Source of the DNA: Bdellovibrio sp.
Lineage (GTDB): Bacteria; Bdellovibrionota; Bdellovibrionia; Bdellovibrionales; Bdellovibrionaceae
NCBI GenBank assembly: GCA_036677065.1
Contig: JAKFBS010000004.1
Location: forward strand, 448,001-512,000
Reading direction: 5' to 3'
DNA: 64,000 nt
Under the pieces are notes generated by a model. It was not told the origin of the DNA. It did not search any database and saw only the letters and a program-made list of their open reading frames with translations. Numbering within the stretch: the stretch's first letter is position 1; the number at the start of each line of letters is the position of its first letter. Both the position numbers and the translations under genes were made by a program. This document shows, piece by piece, positions 11,347 to 21,495 of this stretch.

Positions 11347-11940
11347 ATGAAAAACACTGGGACGTTAAACAATAAAGGTTTCTCGCTAGTTGAACTTATG
11401 ATCGTTGTTGCGATTATTGGTTTATTAGCCGCTGTGGGTGTACCACAGTATCAAAAATTCCAAGCACGTGCTCGCCAAGGTGAAGCTAAAGCTTCATTAA
11501 GCGCATTATATGCAGCTGAGCAAAGTTTCTACGGTGAGTGGAATCAATATAGTCCAGATTTAAGAGCTATCGGCTTTGGTGTGACTGGTACAGGCTTACG
11601 CTATGTAACAGGTTTCTCTGCTGGTACATGCACGAATTACTCTTCACTAAGTGGTGCTCCTGCTATTGTAGCAACCAATATCTGGTCTGATTCAGCTGGC
11701 GTTTGTCAAAATGGTGCAGCTCAATGGGGTCCTCCACAAACTGCAGCCTGCGTAGTTTACTTTCAAAAAACATTACCTGCACCAACGGCAACAAATTGCG
11801 TTTCAACAGCTGGCTCTGCAGCTTTCATAGGAGCAGCGATTGGTAATCCAAATAATACGATGACGGGAACGGCTCCACCAGATGGTTGGACAATTAATAA
11901 TAATAAACGTATTGCTAACACGGCTGCGGGTATTAGATAA
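11347..11940 (+). CDS. pilA: Type IVa major pilin
   Basis: Class III signal G|FSLVELMIVVAIIGLLAAV; AGGGG SD upstream of ATG 11347; Cys pairs in the head domain. Confidence 0.9.
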   Translation: MKNTGTLNNKGFSLVELMIVVAIIGLLAAVGVPQYQKFQARARQGEAKASLSALYAAEQSFYGEWNQYSPDLRAIGFGVTGTGLRYVTGFSAGTCTNYSSLSGAPAIVATNIWSDSAGVCQNGAAQWGPPQTAACVVYFQKTLPAPTATNCVSTAGSAAFIGAAIGNPNNTMTGTAPPDGWTINNNKRIANTAAGIR

Positions 11941-11948
11941 TTTAAGCA

Positions 11949-12611
11949 ATGCTTAACTTAGTACTAGGTATATCAGTTTTAGTAACGTGGCTTTCGAGCC
12001 ACGTTTTTTTTTCTAAAAGCTATGATCGCTTTGAAGAGCCTTATCTTGCTCCACCAAAATCAATCCAACATTTTACGGCGGGTTTTAAAATTCAAGTGGC
12101 CGATTCATTATGGATGCGTGCCGTTCAAGATTTTGATCACTGTTCAAATCGACTAGCTGAAAATGTCTGCGAAGGTAATTCGTGGTTGTATTCAGTTTTA
12201 GATTTAGCAAGCACACTTGATTCAAGATTAGAGCCGGTGATGTATCAAACTGGTGGTTTAGCCCTTTCAATTTTAGTCGGTGATGTTGAAGGCGGGGCTA
12301 AAATACTCGAGCGTGGCAGCCGAGTTTATCCTGACCACTGGCAGATCGCTTATGCTGCTGGTTATCATGCCTTATATGAAGAAAAAAACAAAGCCAAGGC
12401 CGCCAGATATTATTTGCGGGCCTCAGAAAAAGGCGCACCTGATTGGACACGATTGCTTGCGGGCCGTTTAGCCAGTGAAGGTGGCGATACCGAGTATGCC
12501 GATAAAATCTTAGAAGACATGATTGCTCAAAACCAAGACGAAAAGCTCATAAAACGCCTAAAACTTAAACTAGAAGAAGCTAAGTCAGAAAATAAGACAC
12601 TGACGAAGTAA
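11949..12611 (+). CDS. PilG-like (Myxococcus-type) TPR pilus accessory protein
   Basis: Directly after the pilin gene; N-terminal TM helix, ADSLWMRAVQ, TPR-like helices (PDHWQIAYAAG). Confidence 0.6.
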   Translation: MLNLVLGISVLVTWLSSHVFFSKSYDRFEEPYLAPPKSIQHFTAGFKIQVADSLWMRAVQDFDHCSNRLAENVCEGNSWLYSVLDLASTLDSRLEPVMYQTGGLALSILVGDVEGGAKILERGSRVYPDHWQIAYAAGYHALYEEKNKAKAARYYLRASEKGAPDWTRLLAGRLASEGGDTEYADKILEDMIAQNQDEKLIKRLKLKLEEAKSENKTLTK

Positions 12612-12629
12612 AAATCTCTCTTCTCCACT

Positions 12630-12660
12630 CTTGACGTTAGCTGATTAGACCTCCTATTTT
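12630..12660 (+). promoter_or_regulatory. dnaJ promoter (sigma70- or sigma32-like)
   Basis: TTGACG-N18-TATTTT, 8 nt before the ATG; also reads as CTTGAC...CTCCTAT (sigma32-like). Confidence 0.5.
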
Positions 12661-12668
12661 AGTCTGCT

Positions 12669-13799
12669 ATGTCTACAAAGCGCGATTACTATGAAATTCT
12701 GAGTGTTGAGCGTAACGCTGATGGCGATACGATTAAAAAAGCTTACCGCAAGCTTGCGATGCAATATCATCCGGATCGTAATCCCGGTGATAAAGCAGCC
12801 GAAGATAAATTTAAAGAAGCGGCCGAAGCTTACGAAGTTTTAAGTTCACCAGAAAAAAAAGAAAAGTACGATCGTTTTGGTCACCAAGCTTTTCAGCAAG
12901 GTGCTGGAGCCGGCGGTGGCTTTCATGACATGAACGATATTTTTTCGCAGTTTGGCGATGTGTTCGGTGATTTTTTTGGCGGCGGCGGAAGCCCTTTCGG
13001 CCAATCGCGCGGTGGTCAGTCGCGTCCACGCGGTCCACGTAAAGGATCAGATCTTCGTTACATCACTGAAGTTGAATTAGCTTCGGTTTTATCTGACGGC
13101 GAAAAACAAGTTGAATTTGAAACTGAAGAGCACTGCTCTGATTGTAATGGTTCGGGCGCTGCTAAAGGCTCGCAAGCTGTCACATGTAAAGTGTGTAAAG
13201 GCCAAGGCCAAGTGATTCGCCAACAGGGCTTTTTTACAATGGCGACAACATGTTCAGCGTGCGAAGGCACGGGCGAGACGATCGAAAATCCATGCAAAAC
13301 TTGTCATGGCAAAGGCCGCGCAAAAGTAAAACGTAAAATTAAAGTAAACCTTCCTGCCGGTGTTGATAATGGCACACGTCTTCGTATTCAAGGTGAAGGT
13401 GAAGGCGGCTACAAAGGTGGCCCAGCCGGTGATTTATTTGTTGAAATCAGAGTGAAAGATCACGATGTGTATGAGCGCGAAGGCGATCATTTATTTGCTG
13501 ATCTTGATATTGCCTTCGAACAATTCATGTTAGGTGGCGAAATTAAAGTTGATGGTTTAGATGGCGAAATCGAAGTCGATGTGCCACGCGGGGCTCAACC
13601 TGGGGATCAAGTCAAAATCTCAGGACGAGGCGTTCCGTCTTTAAGAGGCTCGCGACGTGGCGATTTGGTCTTCACACTACACCCAGAATTCCCTAAAAAA
13701 GTGACCCCTGAAGAAGAGGCATTGCTGAGACAGTTAGCAGACCTGCGTAAGATCAAGGTCGGTAACGAGAAAAAGGGCTTTTTTGGACGTAAAAAATAG
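12669..13799 (+). CDS. dnaJ: Chaperone DnaJ
   Basis: J domain with HPD, G/F-rich region, four CxxCxGxG repeats. Confidence 0.98.
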   Translation: MSTKRDYYEILSVERNADGDTIKKAYRKLAMQYHPDRNPGDKAAEDKFKEAAEAYEVLSSPEKKEKYDRFGHQAFQQGAGAGGGFHDMNDIFSQFGDVFGDFFGGGGSPFGQSRGGQSRPRGPRKGSDLRYITEVELASVLSDGEKQVEFETEEHCSDCNGSGAAKGSQAVTCKVCKGQGQVIRQQGFFTMATTCSACEGTGETIENPCKTCHGKGRAKVKRKIKVNLPAGVDNGTRLRIQGEGEGGYKGGPAGDLFVEIRVKDHDVYEREGDHLFADLDIAFEQFMLGGEIKVDGLDGEIEVDVPRGAQPGDQVKISGRGVPSLRGSRRGDLVFTLHPEFPKKVTPEEEALLRQLADLRKIKVGNEKKGFFGRKK

Positions 13800-13821
13800 C
13801 CAAAAAGTAGGGTTTCGGGAC

Positions 13822-13850
13822 CTTGACGAGGCATGAACGCGACTCACATT
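13822..13850 (+). promoter_or_regulatory. Putative heat-shock (sigma32-like) promoter of dnaK
   Basis: CTTGAC...CTCACATT resembles CTTGAA...CCCCATnT; the same CTTGACG precedes dnaJ. Confidence 0.4.
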
Positions 13851-13880
13851 AATAGTATTAAAATTACGGAGAGAGAACAC

Positions 13881-15803
13881 ATGGGAAAAATTATCGGTAT
13901 TGACTTAGGAACTACAAATTCATGCGTAGCCATTATGGAAGGCGGAGAGCCTAAAGTATTAGTTAACGAAGAAGGCGCACGCACAACTCCTTCAGTTGTA
14001 GCATTCACTAAAGATGGCGATCGTTTAGTTGGTCAAATTGCTAAACGCCAAGCTGTAACAAATCCAGAAAACACAATCTTTTCTGCAAAACGTTTTATCG
14101 GTCGCAGATATGAAGAAGTTCAAAGTGAATTAAAATTAATTCCTTACACTGTTGAATCAAAAAATAACGGTGCAGATACGGCCTTCAAAATTCAAGGTGG
14201 CAAATCGGCTTCGCCAGAAGAAATCGGCGCAGCCGTTTTAGGTAAATTAAAAAAAGTAGCTGAAGATTATTTAGGCCAAGAAGTAACAGATGCAGTTATT
14301 ACTGTTCCTGCGTATTTCAACGATGCGCAAAGACAAGCAACTAAAGATGCAGGCCGCATTGCCGGTTTAAATGTTCGTCGTATTATCAACGAACCAACGG
14401 CAGCAGCGTTAGCTTACGGTTTAGATAAAAAGAAAGATCAAAAAATTGTAATCTACGATTTCGGTGGTGGTACATTTGATATCTCTATCTTAGAAGTTGG
14501 TGACGGCGTTGTTGAAGTTAAATCAACAAACGGTGACACTCACTTAGGTGGTGATAACTTTGACGTGATCATCTTAGAATGGTTAATCACTGAATTTAAA
14601 AAAGACCAAGGTATCGATCTTAAGAATGATAAAATGGCTTTACAACGTCTTAAAGAAGCCGCTGAAAAAGCAAAGATTGAATTATCTTCGGCACAAGAAT
14701 CAGATATTAATTTACCGTTCATCACGGCAGATCAATCTGGTCCTAAACATTTACAAATTAAATTAACACGTTCTAAATTCGACCAAATGACTGAAGATTT
14801 AGTGAAACGCTCTATCGAGCCATGCAAAAAAGCATTAGCTGATGCAGGCATTTCGACAGCACAAATCGACGAAGTGGTTTTAGTGGGTGGTTCGACTCGT
14901 ATTCCTTCTATCCAAAAAGCCGTGAAAGACTTTTTCGGTAAAGAGCCAAATAGAACCGTGAATCCAGATGAAGTTGTAGCTTTAGGTGCTGCGGTTCAAG
15001 GTGGAGTATTAGCGGGCGATGTTAAAGACGTTTTATTATTAGACGTAACGCCGCTATCACTTGGTATTGAAACTATGGGTGGCGTAATGACGACTCTTAT
15101 CGAGCGTAATACGACAATCCCATCGAAAAAATCTCAGGTGTTTTCAACTGCTGCGGATAACCAACCAGGCGTTGATATTCACGTGTTACAAGGCGAACGT
15201 AAAATGGCTACAGATAATAAATCTTTAGGCCGTTTCGAGTTATCTGGAATTGCTCCAGCTCCTCGTGGTATGCCACAAATCGAAGTGGTTTTTGATATCG
15301 ATGCGAATGGTATTTTACATGTATCTGCATTAGATAAAGCGACGAACAAGTCGCAACAAATCAAAATCACGGCGCAATCTGGTTTATCTGAAGATGAAAT
15401 CAAAAAAGCAGTTAAAGAAGCTGAAATGCAAGCTGACTCTGATAAAGAAAAAGCAGAAGCAGCTCAGACTCGCAATAATTTAGATAACTTGATTTACCAA
15501 ACTGAAAAGTTAGTTAATGAAAACGCAGAAAAACTTGGTGCCGACGCAGAACCTGTGAAAACAGCAGTCGCAGAAGCTAAAAAAGTTTTTGAAAATAAGG
15601 CAGCAACTACTGCTGAATTAAAAGCGGCGTTTGAAGCATTACAAACTTCATCACACAAAGTGACTGAGGCTTTATATAAAGCTGGTGGTGCACAAGGTGG
15701 TGGTGATGGTTCTGGCGGCGGTAATGGCGCTGGCGGAGCACCGGGTGAAGAGAAAAAAGCTGGCGACGATGTGATCGACGCTGACTTTAAAGACGTTAAC
15801 TAA
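13881..15803 (+). CDS. dnaK: Chaperone DnaK (Hsp70)
   Basis: [23 protein letters not shown]-terminal [16 protein letters not shown]. Confidence 0.99.
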   Translation: MGKIIGIDLGTTNSCVAIMEGGEPKVLVNEEGARTTPSVVAFTKDGDRLVGQIAKRQAVTNPENTIFSAKRFIGRRYEEVQSELKLIPYTVESKNNGADTAFKIQGGKSASPEEIGAAVLGKLKKVAEDYLGQEVTDAVITVPAYFNDAQRQATKDAGRIAGLNVRRIINEPTAAALAYGLDKKKDQKIVIYDFGGGTFDISILEVGDGVVEVKSTNGDTHLGGDNFDVIILEWLITEFKKDQGIDLKNDKMALQRLKEAAEKAKIELSSAQESDINLPFITADQSGPKHLQIKLTRSKFDQMTEDLVKRSIEPCKKALADAGISTAQIDEVVLVGGSTRIPSIQKAVKDFFGKEPNRTVNPDEVVALGAAVQGGVLAGDVKDVLLLDVTPLSLGIETMGGVMTTLIERNTTIPSKKSQVFSTAADNQPGVDIHVLQGERKMATDNKSLGRFELSGIAPAPRGMPQIEVVFDIDANGILHVSALDKATNKSQQIKITAQSGLSEDEIKKAVKEAEMQADSDKEKAEAAQTRNNLDNLIYQTEKLVNENAEKLGADAEPVKTAVAEAKKVFENKAATTAELKAAFEALQTSSHKVTEALYKAGGAQGGGDGSGGGNGAGGAPGEEKKAGDDVIDADFKDVN

Positions 15804-15826
15804 TTCGTTTTAGTGTAAAATTAGCT

Positions 15827-15856
15827 AAAAAGCCGATCAATAGATCGGCTTTTTTT
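15827..15856. terminator. Rho-independent terminator (bidirectional form) after dnaK
   Basis: AAAAAGCCGATC-AATA-GATCGGCTTTTTTT. Confidence 0.9.
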
Positions 15857-15922
15857 ATGCAAAATGGACTATCAAAAAGGTTTCATATTGCCAATTTAGG
15901 GGTCATTAGCCATACTTTGGAT

Positions 15923-16486
15923 ATGAAAAAAATCACTGCTGAAAACTTCATTTTTATCGCTTTATTAGTCATCGCTGCTGGTTCTCGTTTAATCCAACAC
16001 AGTTGGAACTTCACGGCTGTTATGGCTTGTGCTTATGTTTTTGCAATTCTTTTTCAAGGCTCAAAAACCAAAGCTGTTTTGCTTCCAGTATTAGCCATGC
16101 TTGTGTCAGATTTTTTTATCGGTTTAAATTCACCCAAGTTTTTTCACTCAACGATGGCTTTTGTTTATGTAGGAATTGGTCTTGCATTAGTGCCGTTCTT
16201 CTTAAATCGTAAAGTAACAGACAAGTCATTAGTTCGTATCGCGGCTATTCTTGGCGGTAGTTCGATCTTTTTCTTAGTTTCAAATTTTGGTGTTTGGGTG
16301 ATGGATGGCATGTACCCAATGACAACGGCCGGATTAATTCAGTGCTACACAATGGCGATTCCGTTTTTTCAAAACCAAATCGCTGCAGATATTATCTTAA
16401 CTCCACTTTTATTGTTCGTAGCCAAGCGCGTACTAGCTCTTGATTTTTTTCAGGTCGTAGTCGGCCAAAGTAATAAGCGAGCGTAA
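15923..16486 (+). CDS. DUF6580-like membrane protein (putative ECF S-component-type transporter)
   Basis: RLxxHxxNFT, FFLVSNFGVW and CYTMAIPFF motifs; about six TM helices. Confidence 0.7.
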   Translation: MKKITAENFIFIALLVIAAGSRLIQHSWNFTAVMACAYVFAILFQGSKTKAVLLPVLAMLVSDFFIGLNSPKFFHSTMAFVYVGIGLALVPFFLNRKVTDKSLVRIAAILGGSSIFFLVSNFGVWVMDGMYPMTTAGLIQCYTMAIPFFQNQIAADIILTPLLLFVAKRVLALDFFQVVVGQSNKRA

Positions 16487-17551
16487 AGAATTACCGAAGT
16501 AATTAATATGGCCTAATTTCTTTTTAGGTCTATTTTCTTTCTTGTCATACCAATGAAGTTTACCTTGCAAGCCCACTTGAATAGTGGGTTTTCTGTATGA
16601 AGTCCCCACGATATTTTGCATTAAAAAATGTTTTGTCGATTGCACTTCAAGCGGAAACGTTTGATCAGCGACAGCCCGTAAATGCATTTCGAACTGGTCA
16701 AATGAAAAAGCATCTTGCGTGATATGACCTGAATTATGCACGCGAGGTGTGATTTCATTCACTACTAATTTAGAGCCGACATCGAATAATTCAAAATTAA
16801 TCAGACCCACATAATCAAGATGATTTAAAAGTGAAGTTATTTTTTTAGTTAATTCGTTAATGGCCGGATGGGTGTCAGGGCCCCAAACACGAAAGCACTG
16901 CTGATTTTTTTGCAGCGAATTTAAAAGTGGGTACATAAAAATGTCACCAGCTTTATTACGGCAGACGATTAATGATTTCTCACTTTTAAAATGCACGAAT
17001 TTTTCAGCGATAAACTGAGTTTCTTGATTTTTATGCGTGCGTTTAAATAATTCAAACTGCGCTTTAGTTTTAATAATAAAAGTGCCGTGGCCATCGTGAC
17101 CGCCTAAACGTTTTTTTAAAACTAATTCGCCATCAAAAACTTTGTAAGCGGCTTCTAAGTCATCTTTGCCGGTGATCTTGATAAAATCGCTGGTCGGAAT
17201 TTGATAATCCCATAAAAGTTCTTTTTGCGGCCAGCGATCTTGTAAAATCGCCAAATGTTCAAGATCAGGAATACAACGTGTTTTTGTTTTTTGTAAACCA
17301 CGGGCAATCGTGCGAGCAGGAATAAATTCAGTCTCAAAAGTAATGACTTCAACGGCGCGAGCCAGTTTTAAGATATCGTCTTCATTATAGATTTTACCTT
17401 TGATCCAGGCGTTGGCATAACCAACAGCTGGATCGTCTTTATCCTCAGATAAAACTGTGACGTGAAAACCCATTTGGCGTGCCCGCTGAGTCATCATTTG
17501 AGCGAGTTGTCCGCCACCTAAAATCCCTATCTTTTTTCCGATAATCGCCAT
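16433..17551 (-). CDS. purK: N5-CAIR synthase (ATP-grasp)
   Basis: IGILGGGQLAQM, PRVHNSGH, LHWYDK...KLGH. Confidence 0.88.
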   Translation of the reverse strand: MAIIGKKIGILGGGQLAQMMTQRARQMGFHVTVLSEDKDDPAVGYANAWIKGKIYNEDDILKLARAVEVITFETEFIPARTIARGLQKTKTRCIPDLEHLAILQDRWPQKELLWDYQIPTSDFIKITGKDDLEAAYKVFDGELVLKKRLGGHDGHGTFIIKTKAQFELFKRTHKNQETQFIAEKFVHFKSEKSLIVCRNKAGDIFMYPLLNSLQKNQQCFRVWGPDTHPAINELTKKITSLLNHLDYVGLINFELFDVGSKLVVNEITPRVHNSGHITQDAFSFDQFEMHLRAVADQTFPLEVQSTKHFLMQNIVGTSYRKPTIQVGLQGKLHWYDKKENRPKKKLGHINYFGNSLRSLITLADYDLKKIKS

Positions 17552-17562
17552 ACACATACATT

Positions 17563-18603
17563 ATGCAATTTAGTTTTCCGTTATGTCTAGCCCCAATGGT
17601 GGGATTATCCCACGTAGTCTTGCGAAAGATCGTTTACGATTATATGCCGCAAGGGCATGAGACTATTTGGCCAACCGAAATGCTAAATTCACGCCGAGTG
17701 CCGCAAGAAAAATTAGGCGAAACCGCAGAAACTTTATTATTTGAAGGCGAACGCAATCTAGTTCCGCAAATTTTAGGTAACGAAAAAGCCGACATTCAAA
17801 AAACCATTCACAAAATGATTTATGAATGGGGAGACTTCGGCACAGTGTCTGGCATCGACATCAACATGGGTTGTCCCGTGCAAAAAGCCTTAAAACACAA
17901 TTACGGCGTGGCACTTATGGGAGATTTAAATTACGCAGCTCAAGTTGTGGAATTCGCAGCCACAGCCAGCGATAAGCCCGTGTCAGTAAAACTTCGTGCC
18001 GTCGGCAGTGATAAGTCTATTCCTGAATTAATTCATTTTGTAAAAACCCTTCGCAATGCCGGTGCCCAGTGGATCACCTTGCATCCGCGCACAGCCGCGC
18101 AAAAACGCCGTGGCCAAGCCGACTGGAATCAAATCACCGAATTAAAAAAAGCCCTGGATATTCCAATCATCGGTAATGGTGATATTCAAACGGCAGATGA
18201 TGTTTTTTCGATGTTAGAAACAACGGGCTGTGATCTGGTGATGTCGGGTCGCGGGTTAGCAGCGCGCCCGTGGATGGTGTGGCAAGTGGCCTACCGTAAG
18301 GGTTTAACGACGGAAATTCCGCCGCTAACTGAGTATGAAGAAGGCGCCGAGTACGGAAAAATGCTTTTAAAATTCATCCACTTAAGCCGCCATTTTTTCT
18401 GTGATAAGCTTGGCTATAAACCAGAATACGCCTTTCGTAAAATCCAATTTTTTGTGCGCACCACGCATGTCTGGCTTGAGTGGGGTCACCCACTAACTTC
18501 AGAAGTAAACCGTTCGAAAACATTCGAAGAGATGCTCGAACGCGTAGAAAAGTTCTTTGCTCAGCCACAAAGAATGTTGCCTTACACTGAATTACGCCAG
18601 TAA
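17563..18603 (+). CDS. tRNA-dihydrouridine synthase (Dus family)
   Basis: LAPMVG, IDINMGCP, SVKLR, LHPRT, IGNGDI motifs. Confidence 0.92.
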   Translation: MQFSFPLCLAPMVGLSHVVLRKIVYDYMPQGHETIWPTEMLNSRRVPQEKLGETAETLLFEGERNLVPQILGNEKADIQKTIHKMIYEWGDFGTVSGIDINMGCPVQKALKHNYGVALMGDLNYAAQVVEFAATASDKPVSVKLRAVGSDKSIPELIHFVKTLRNAGAQWITLHPRTAAQKRRGQADWNQITELKKALDIPIIGNGDIQTADDVFSMLETTGCDLVMSGRGLAARPWMVWQVAYRKGLTTEIPPLTEYEEGAEYGKMLLKFIHLSRHFFCDKLGYKPEYAFRKIQFFVRTTHVWLEWGHPLTSEVNRSKTFEEMLERVEKFFAQPQRMLPYTELRQ

Positions 18604-18613
18604 ACTTTCAAGT

Positions 18614-19129
18614 ATGTCTTTAGTCATACGTCAACTTTCCCCGCAGGATGAAGCCGCCTTCTTTGAAGGAATGAAGCTGTGGTCAGAAAAAGATCTCGGT
18701 TGGTATACATTTTCATGGAAGCCGGAAATGTCATATCAAGATATGCTTAAGATTCTAGAAGATGAATGCGCTGGTCGTAATATAGCTCCAGGACGTGTGG
18801 CGCACACAATGCTCTATGCATTTTTAAATGGTAAAATCATTGGCCGCGTAAGTATTCGTCATGAGCTAAATGATTTTCTACTTCGTCGCGGTGGAAACAT
18901 CGGCTATTCAGTCGCTGAAAGTTATCGCCGCAAAGGCTTTGCTACCGAGCTTATGCGTGCAGGGATGGATTACTGCAAAACTTTAGGTTTACCAAAAATC
19001 CTAGTCACTTGTGATGATGAAAATGTGCCGTCATGGAAAATCATCGAAAAATTCGATGCCACTTTAGAAAACAAATTCATCGACGAAACCGAGAATAAAA
19101 CCATTCGCCGCTATTGGGTAAAATTATAA
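18614..19129 (+). CDS. GNAT N-acetyltransferase
   Basis: GGNIGY...RRKGFA acetyl-CoA motif; NVPSWKIIEK. Confidence 0.88.
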   Translation: MSLVIRQLSPQDEAAFFEGMKLWSEKDLGWYTFSWKPEMSYQDMLKILEDECAGRNIAPGRVAHTMLYAFLNGKIIGRVSIRHELNDFLLRRGGNIGYSVAESYRRKGFATELMRAGMDYCKTLGLPKILVTCDDENVPSWKIIEKFDATLENKFIDETENKTIRRYWVKL

Positions 19130-19198
19130 CGCATTAAATTCGCTCAGGGTTTAGGTCAACAATGTTGACTGAAACCCTGAGTGCTAAAAGCGCGTTAT
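19126..19198. repeat. 73-nt imperfect palindrome between convergent genes
   Basis: ATAACGC..CGCTCAGGGTTT.GTCAACA-A-TGTTGAC.AAACCCTGAGTG..GCGTTAT. Confidence 0.85.
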
Positions 19199-19219
19199 TT
19201 TGTAAGAGTTGATGCCTGA

Positions 19220-20788
19220 CTACGATAAATGAGCGACTTGGCGTGAATTCAGAGAAGATGTTTTCTTAACCGCAGAGGCCGTAACAGACTGTGTGCCAAG
19301 GCCTTTGGCGATGGCTTGTGCTTTCATGAATGGCGGAATATCACGTTTTTTAACGCCTTCACAGAAATCGGCTTTGATGATTTCGAAAGCTTTTTCGCTA
19401 TCATCAGTGCGCATAATAATATAATCGTAAGCTTTTTCAGCTAAGTTCATCAGAGAAATAGAATGTGTTTCTGAATATTTCTCTGATAGGTAATCTACGA
19501 ATTTCATGTAGTTCCAGAAGAATGAGCCTTCGAAAGTGCTGATCCATTTCATAAATTGCGGAAAATCGCCGCTATTTGCATATAGGTCCCAGAACTTCGC
19601 AAAACGGTTCATAGTCTGCAAAGTATTATAATCCATCGTTGATGTTGATAGAATCTGATACGGCGAAAAATCTTGGTAGCGCATTTTGAATGTAGATTCA
19701 TGGCGCACGATCGGTGTGCCTTTCAGGCGCTTTAGAATTCCCACTTGAATTTCGTGGGGACCTAGCTGGGCTAGGCGGTCAAAGCCTTCGCCAAAGGATT
19801 CTAAAGTCTCGCCGGGTAAGCCTACGATAAGATCGGCGTGCGTGTGAACATGGGTGTTCTCGTTGATAAACTTAAAATTTTCTGCAACTTTAACAAGGTC
19901 ATTTTTTCTTGAAACATTTGTCGCAACTACTGGATTTAACGTTTGAATGCCGACTTCGAATTGTAAACTTCCGGCAGGAAATTGTTTAATTAGCTCGCGA
20001 ATTTCAACTGGCAGGCGATCAGGCACCATTTCGAAATGTAGAAATAAACCCTTATCCAGATGCTGCATAAAGAAGTTTAAAATCTTAGTTGAGGTCGTTG
20101 GGCTTAAGTTAAACGTGCGATCGACGAACTTAAAACAGCGGGCGCCTCTGTTAATCAGGGTTTCGATATCTAATAAGAATTGATCTAAATTAAAGCTGCG
20201 TACGGATTTATCAAGAGACGATAGGCAGTATTCGCACTTGTACGGGCAGCCGCGTGAGGCTTCAACATAGATCACGCGATTTGCAATATCGTTATCACTA
20301 TATAGATAGTACGGAAGTTTTAAATCGGGCAGTAAGGGTAGAGCTCCGCGGATGATTTTATCTTGGCTGTCGTGCCCAGACAGGTGTTCGCGGCAGAATT
20401 GTGGAAAAAGAAGATCGGCTTCGCCGCAGATAATATGATCAGCTAATTGATAAAGTCTTTGGCCTTCGGTTTCGTAAGAGACTTCTGGGCCGCCAAGAAC
20501 AAGTTCAATATCTGGTGCGACTTTCTTAAGAATTGAGCAAACTTCAAAGACCTGTTCGTTATTCCAGATGTAAACTCCGAAGCCGACGATCTTTGGATTG
20601 AGGTTCAAGATCTTTTCAACAATGTTGCGCGGGTTTTCTTTGATGGTCCACTCAATAAGTTCAGTTTTATCAGTCATCTCTGCCATTTGGGCATAGATAT
20701 AGCGTAAGCCGAACGAGCTGTGCTGGTAGGTTGAATTCAATGTGCAGATCAGGATGTCTTTTTGGATCTCGTTTTTTGGGTGGCTCAT
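19220..20788 (-). CDS. B12-binding radical SAM protein (DUF4080-type C-terminus)
   Basis: N-terminal B12-binding domain (VYIWN, GGPE); RGCPYKCEYC CxxxCxxC motif. Confidence 0.9.
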   Translation of the reverse strand: MSHPKNEIQKDILICTLNSTYQHSSFGLRYIYAQMAEMTDKTELIEWTIKENPRNIVEKILNLNPKIVGFGVYIWNNEQVFEVCSILKKVAPDIELVLGGPEVSYETEGQRLYQLADHIICGEADLLFPQFCREHLSGHDSQDKIIRGALPLLPDLKLPYYLYSDNDIANRVIYVEASRGCPYKCEYCLSSLDKSVRSFNLDQFLLDIETLINRGARCFKFVDRTFNLSPTTSTKILNFFMQHLDKGLFLHFEMVPDRLPVEIRELIKQFPAGSLQFEVGIQTLNPVVATNVSRKNDLVKVAENFKFINENTHVHTHADLIVGLPGETLESFGEGFDRLAQLGPHEIQVGILKRLKGTPIVRHESTFKMRYQDFSPYQILSTSTMDYNTLQTMNRFAKFWDLYANSGDFPQFMKWISTFEGSFFWNYMKFVDYLSEKYSETHSISLMNLAEKAYDYIIMRTDDSEKAFEIIKADFCEGVKKRDIPPFMKAQAIAKGLGTQSVTASAVKKTSSLNSRQVAHLS

Positions 20789-21276
20789 GCAGCCGTTGTT
20801 TTAGCGAATCCCTCTAGAATGTCATAGCATTTTCTGATTTCTAAAAAACTTTCATGGCATCCGCCACTATCTGGGTGGTTTTTCAACGCGGCAAGTTTAT
20901 AAGCTTTTTTTAACTGCAAAAGTGTGAATCCCTCTGGAAACAGACGGTGGGCTGCAAGGATCGGAAGTTCCATGGCGTACAATAAAGATTCGTAGGCTTT
21001 GAATTGTGTTTCGGTCATACCTTGAGATTTCAATTTAAATTCACGAGCAGACACTGTTCTATCTGTAAAGTTTTGCTTGCGGGAATACGACGAAACTGAA
21101 TGATTTTGCACTCTTACGTTAGGCACTTCACACTGCAAGCTACCCATCAAATGAGAGAGAAAAGCAGGTTCTAATGTGCCTGAAATCTCTTGTGAATGTT
21201 CAATATTTGTCACTGTTTCCATCTCGTTTTCAGAGCTAAGATTTTCTAAAATTTCAGCGAAGGAAAAGTCTCTCAT
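20785..21276 (-). CDS. C-terminal J-domain protein
   Basis: LKKAYKLAALKNHPDSGG; ATGA overlap with the radical SAM gene. Confidence 0.82.
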   Translation of the reverse strand: MRDFSFAEILENLSSENEMETVTNIEHSQEISGTLEPAFLSHLMGSLQCEVPNVRVQNHSVSSYSRKQNFTDRTVSAREFKLKSQGMTETQFKAYESLLYAMELPILAAHRLFPEGFTLLQLKKAYKLAALKNHPDSGGCHESFLEIRKCYDILEGFAKTTAA

Positions 21277-21283
21277 AGAGACT

Positions 21284-21306
21284 TTATCGGGATAAATTCC
21301 CCGATA
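21284..21306. promoter_or_regulatory. Inverted pair of CCGATA (sigma28 -10-like) boxes between divergent genes
   Basis: TTATCGGG-ATAAATTC-CCCGATA; the minus-strand copy lies 7 nt before the J-domain gene ATG. Confidence 0.5.
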
Positions 21307-21495
21307 CCAGAGTAGAGAAATCGCGATCCCCCTCTAAAAAAAGTGAAAATAATTGTTTTTTTCTCTCGACAAAGGGTTTTTCCTAGACTTATGCTTAGAT
21401 TCACTAAGACTTTTATATTAAGACGATCGTCAATGATGATGACCGTCATGAGATTGAAAACAATGCCTTAACAACCCTTAACGGAGGAATTAACC

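Noticed and set aside
15857..15922. Possible cobalamin riboswitch before the DUF6580 gene
   Set aside because: Too short, no B12-box, and occupied by a sigma70 promoter.
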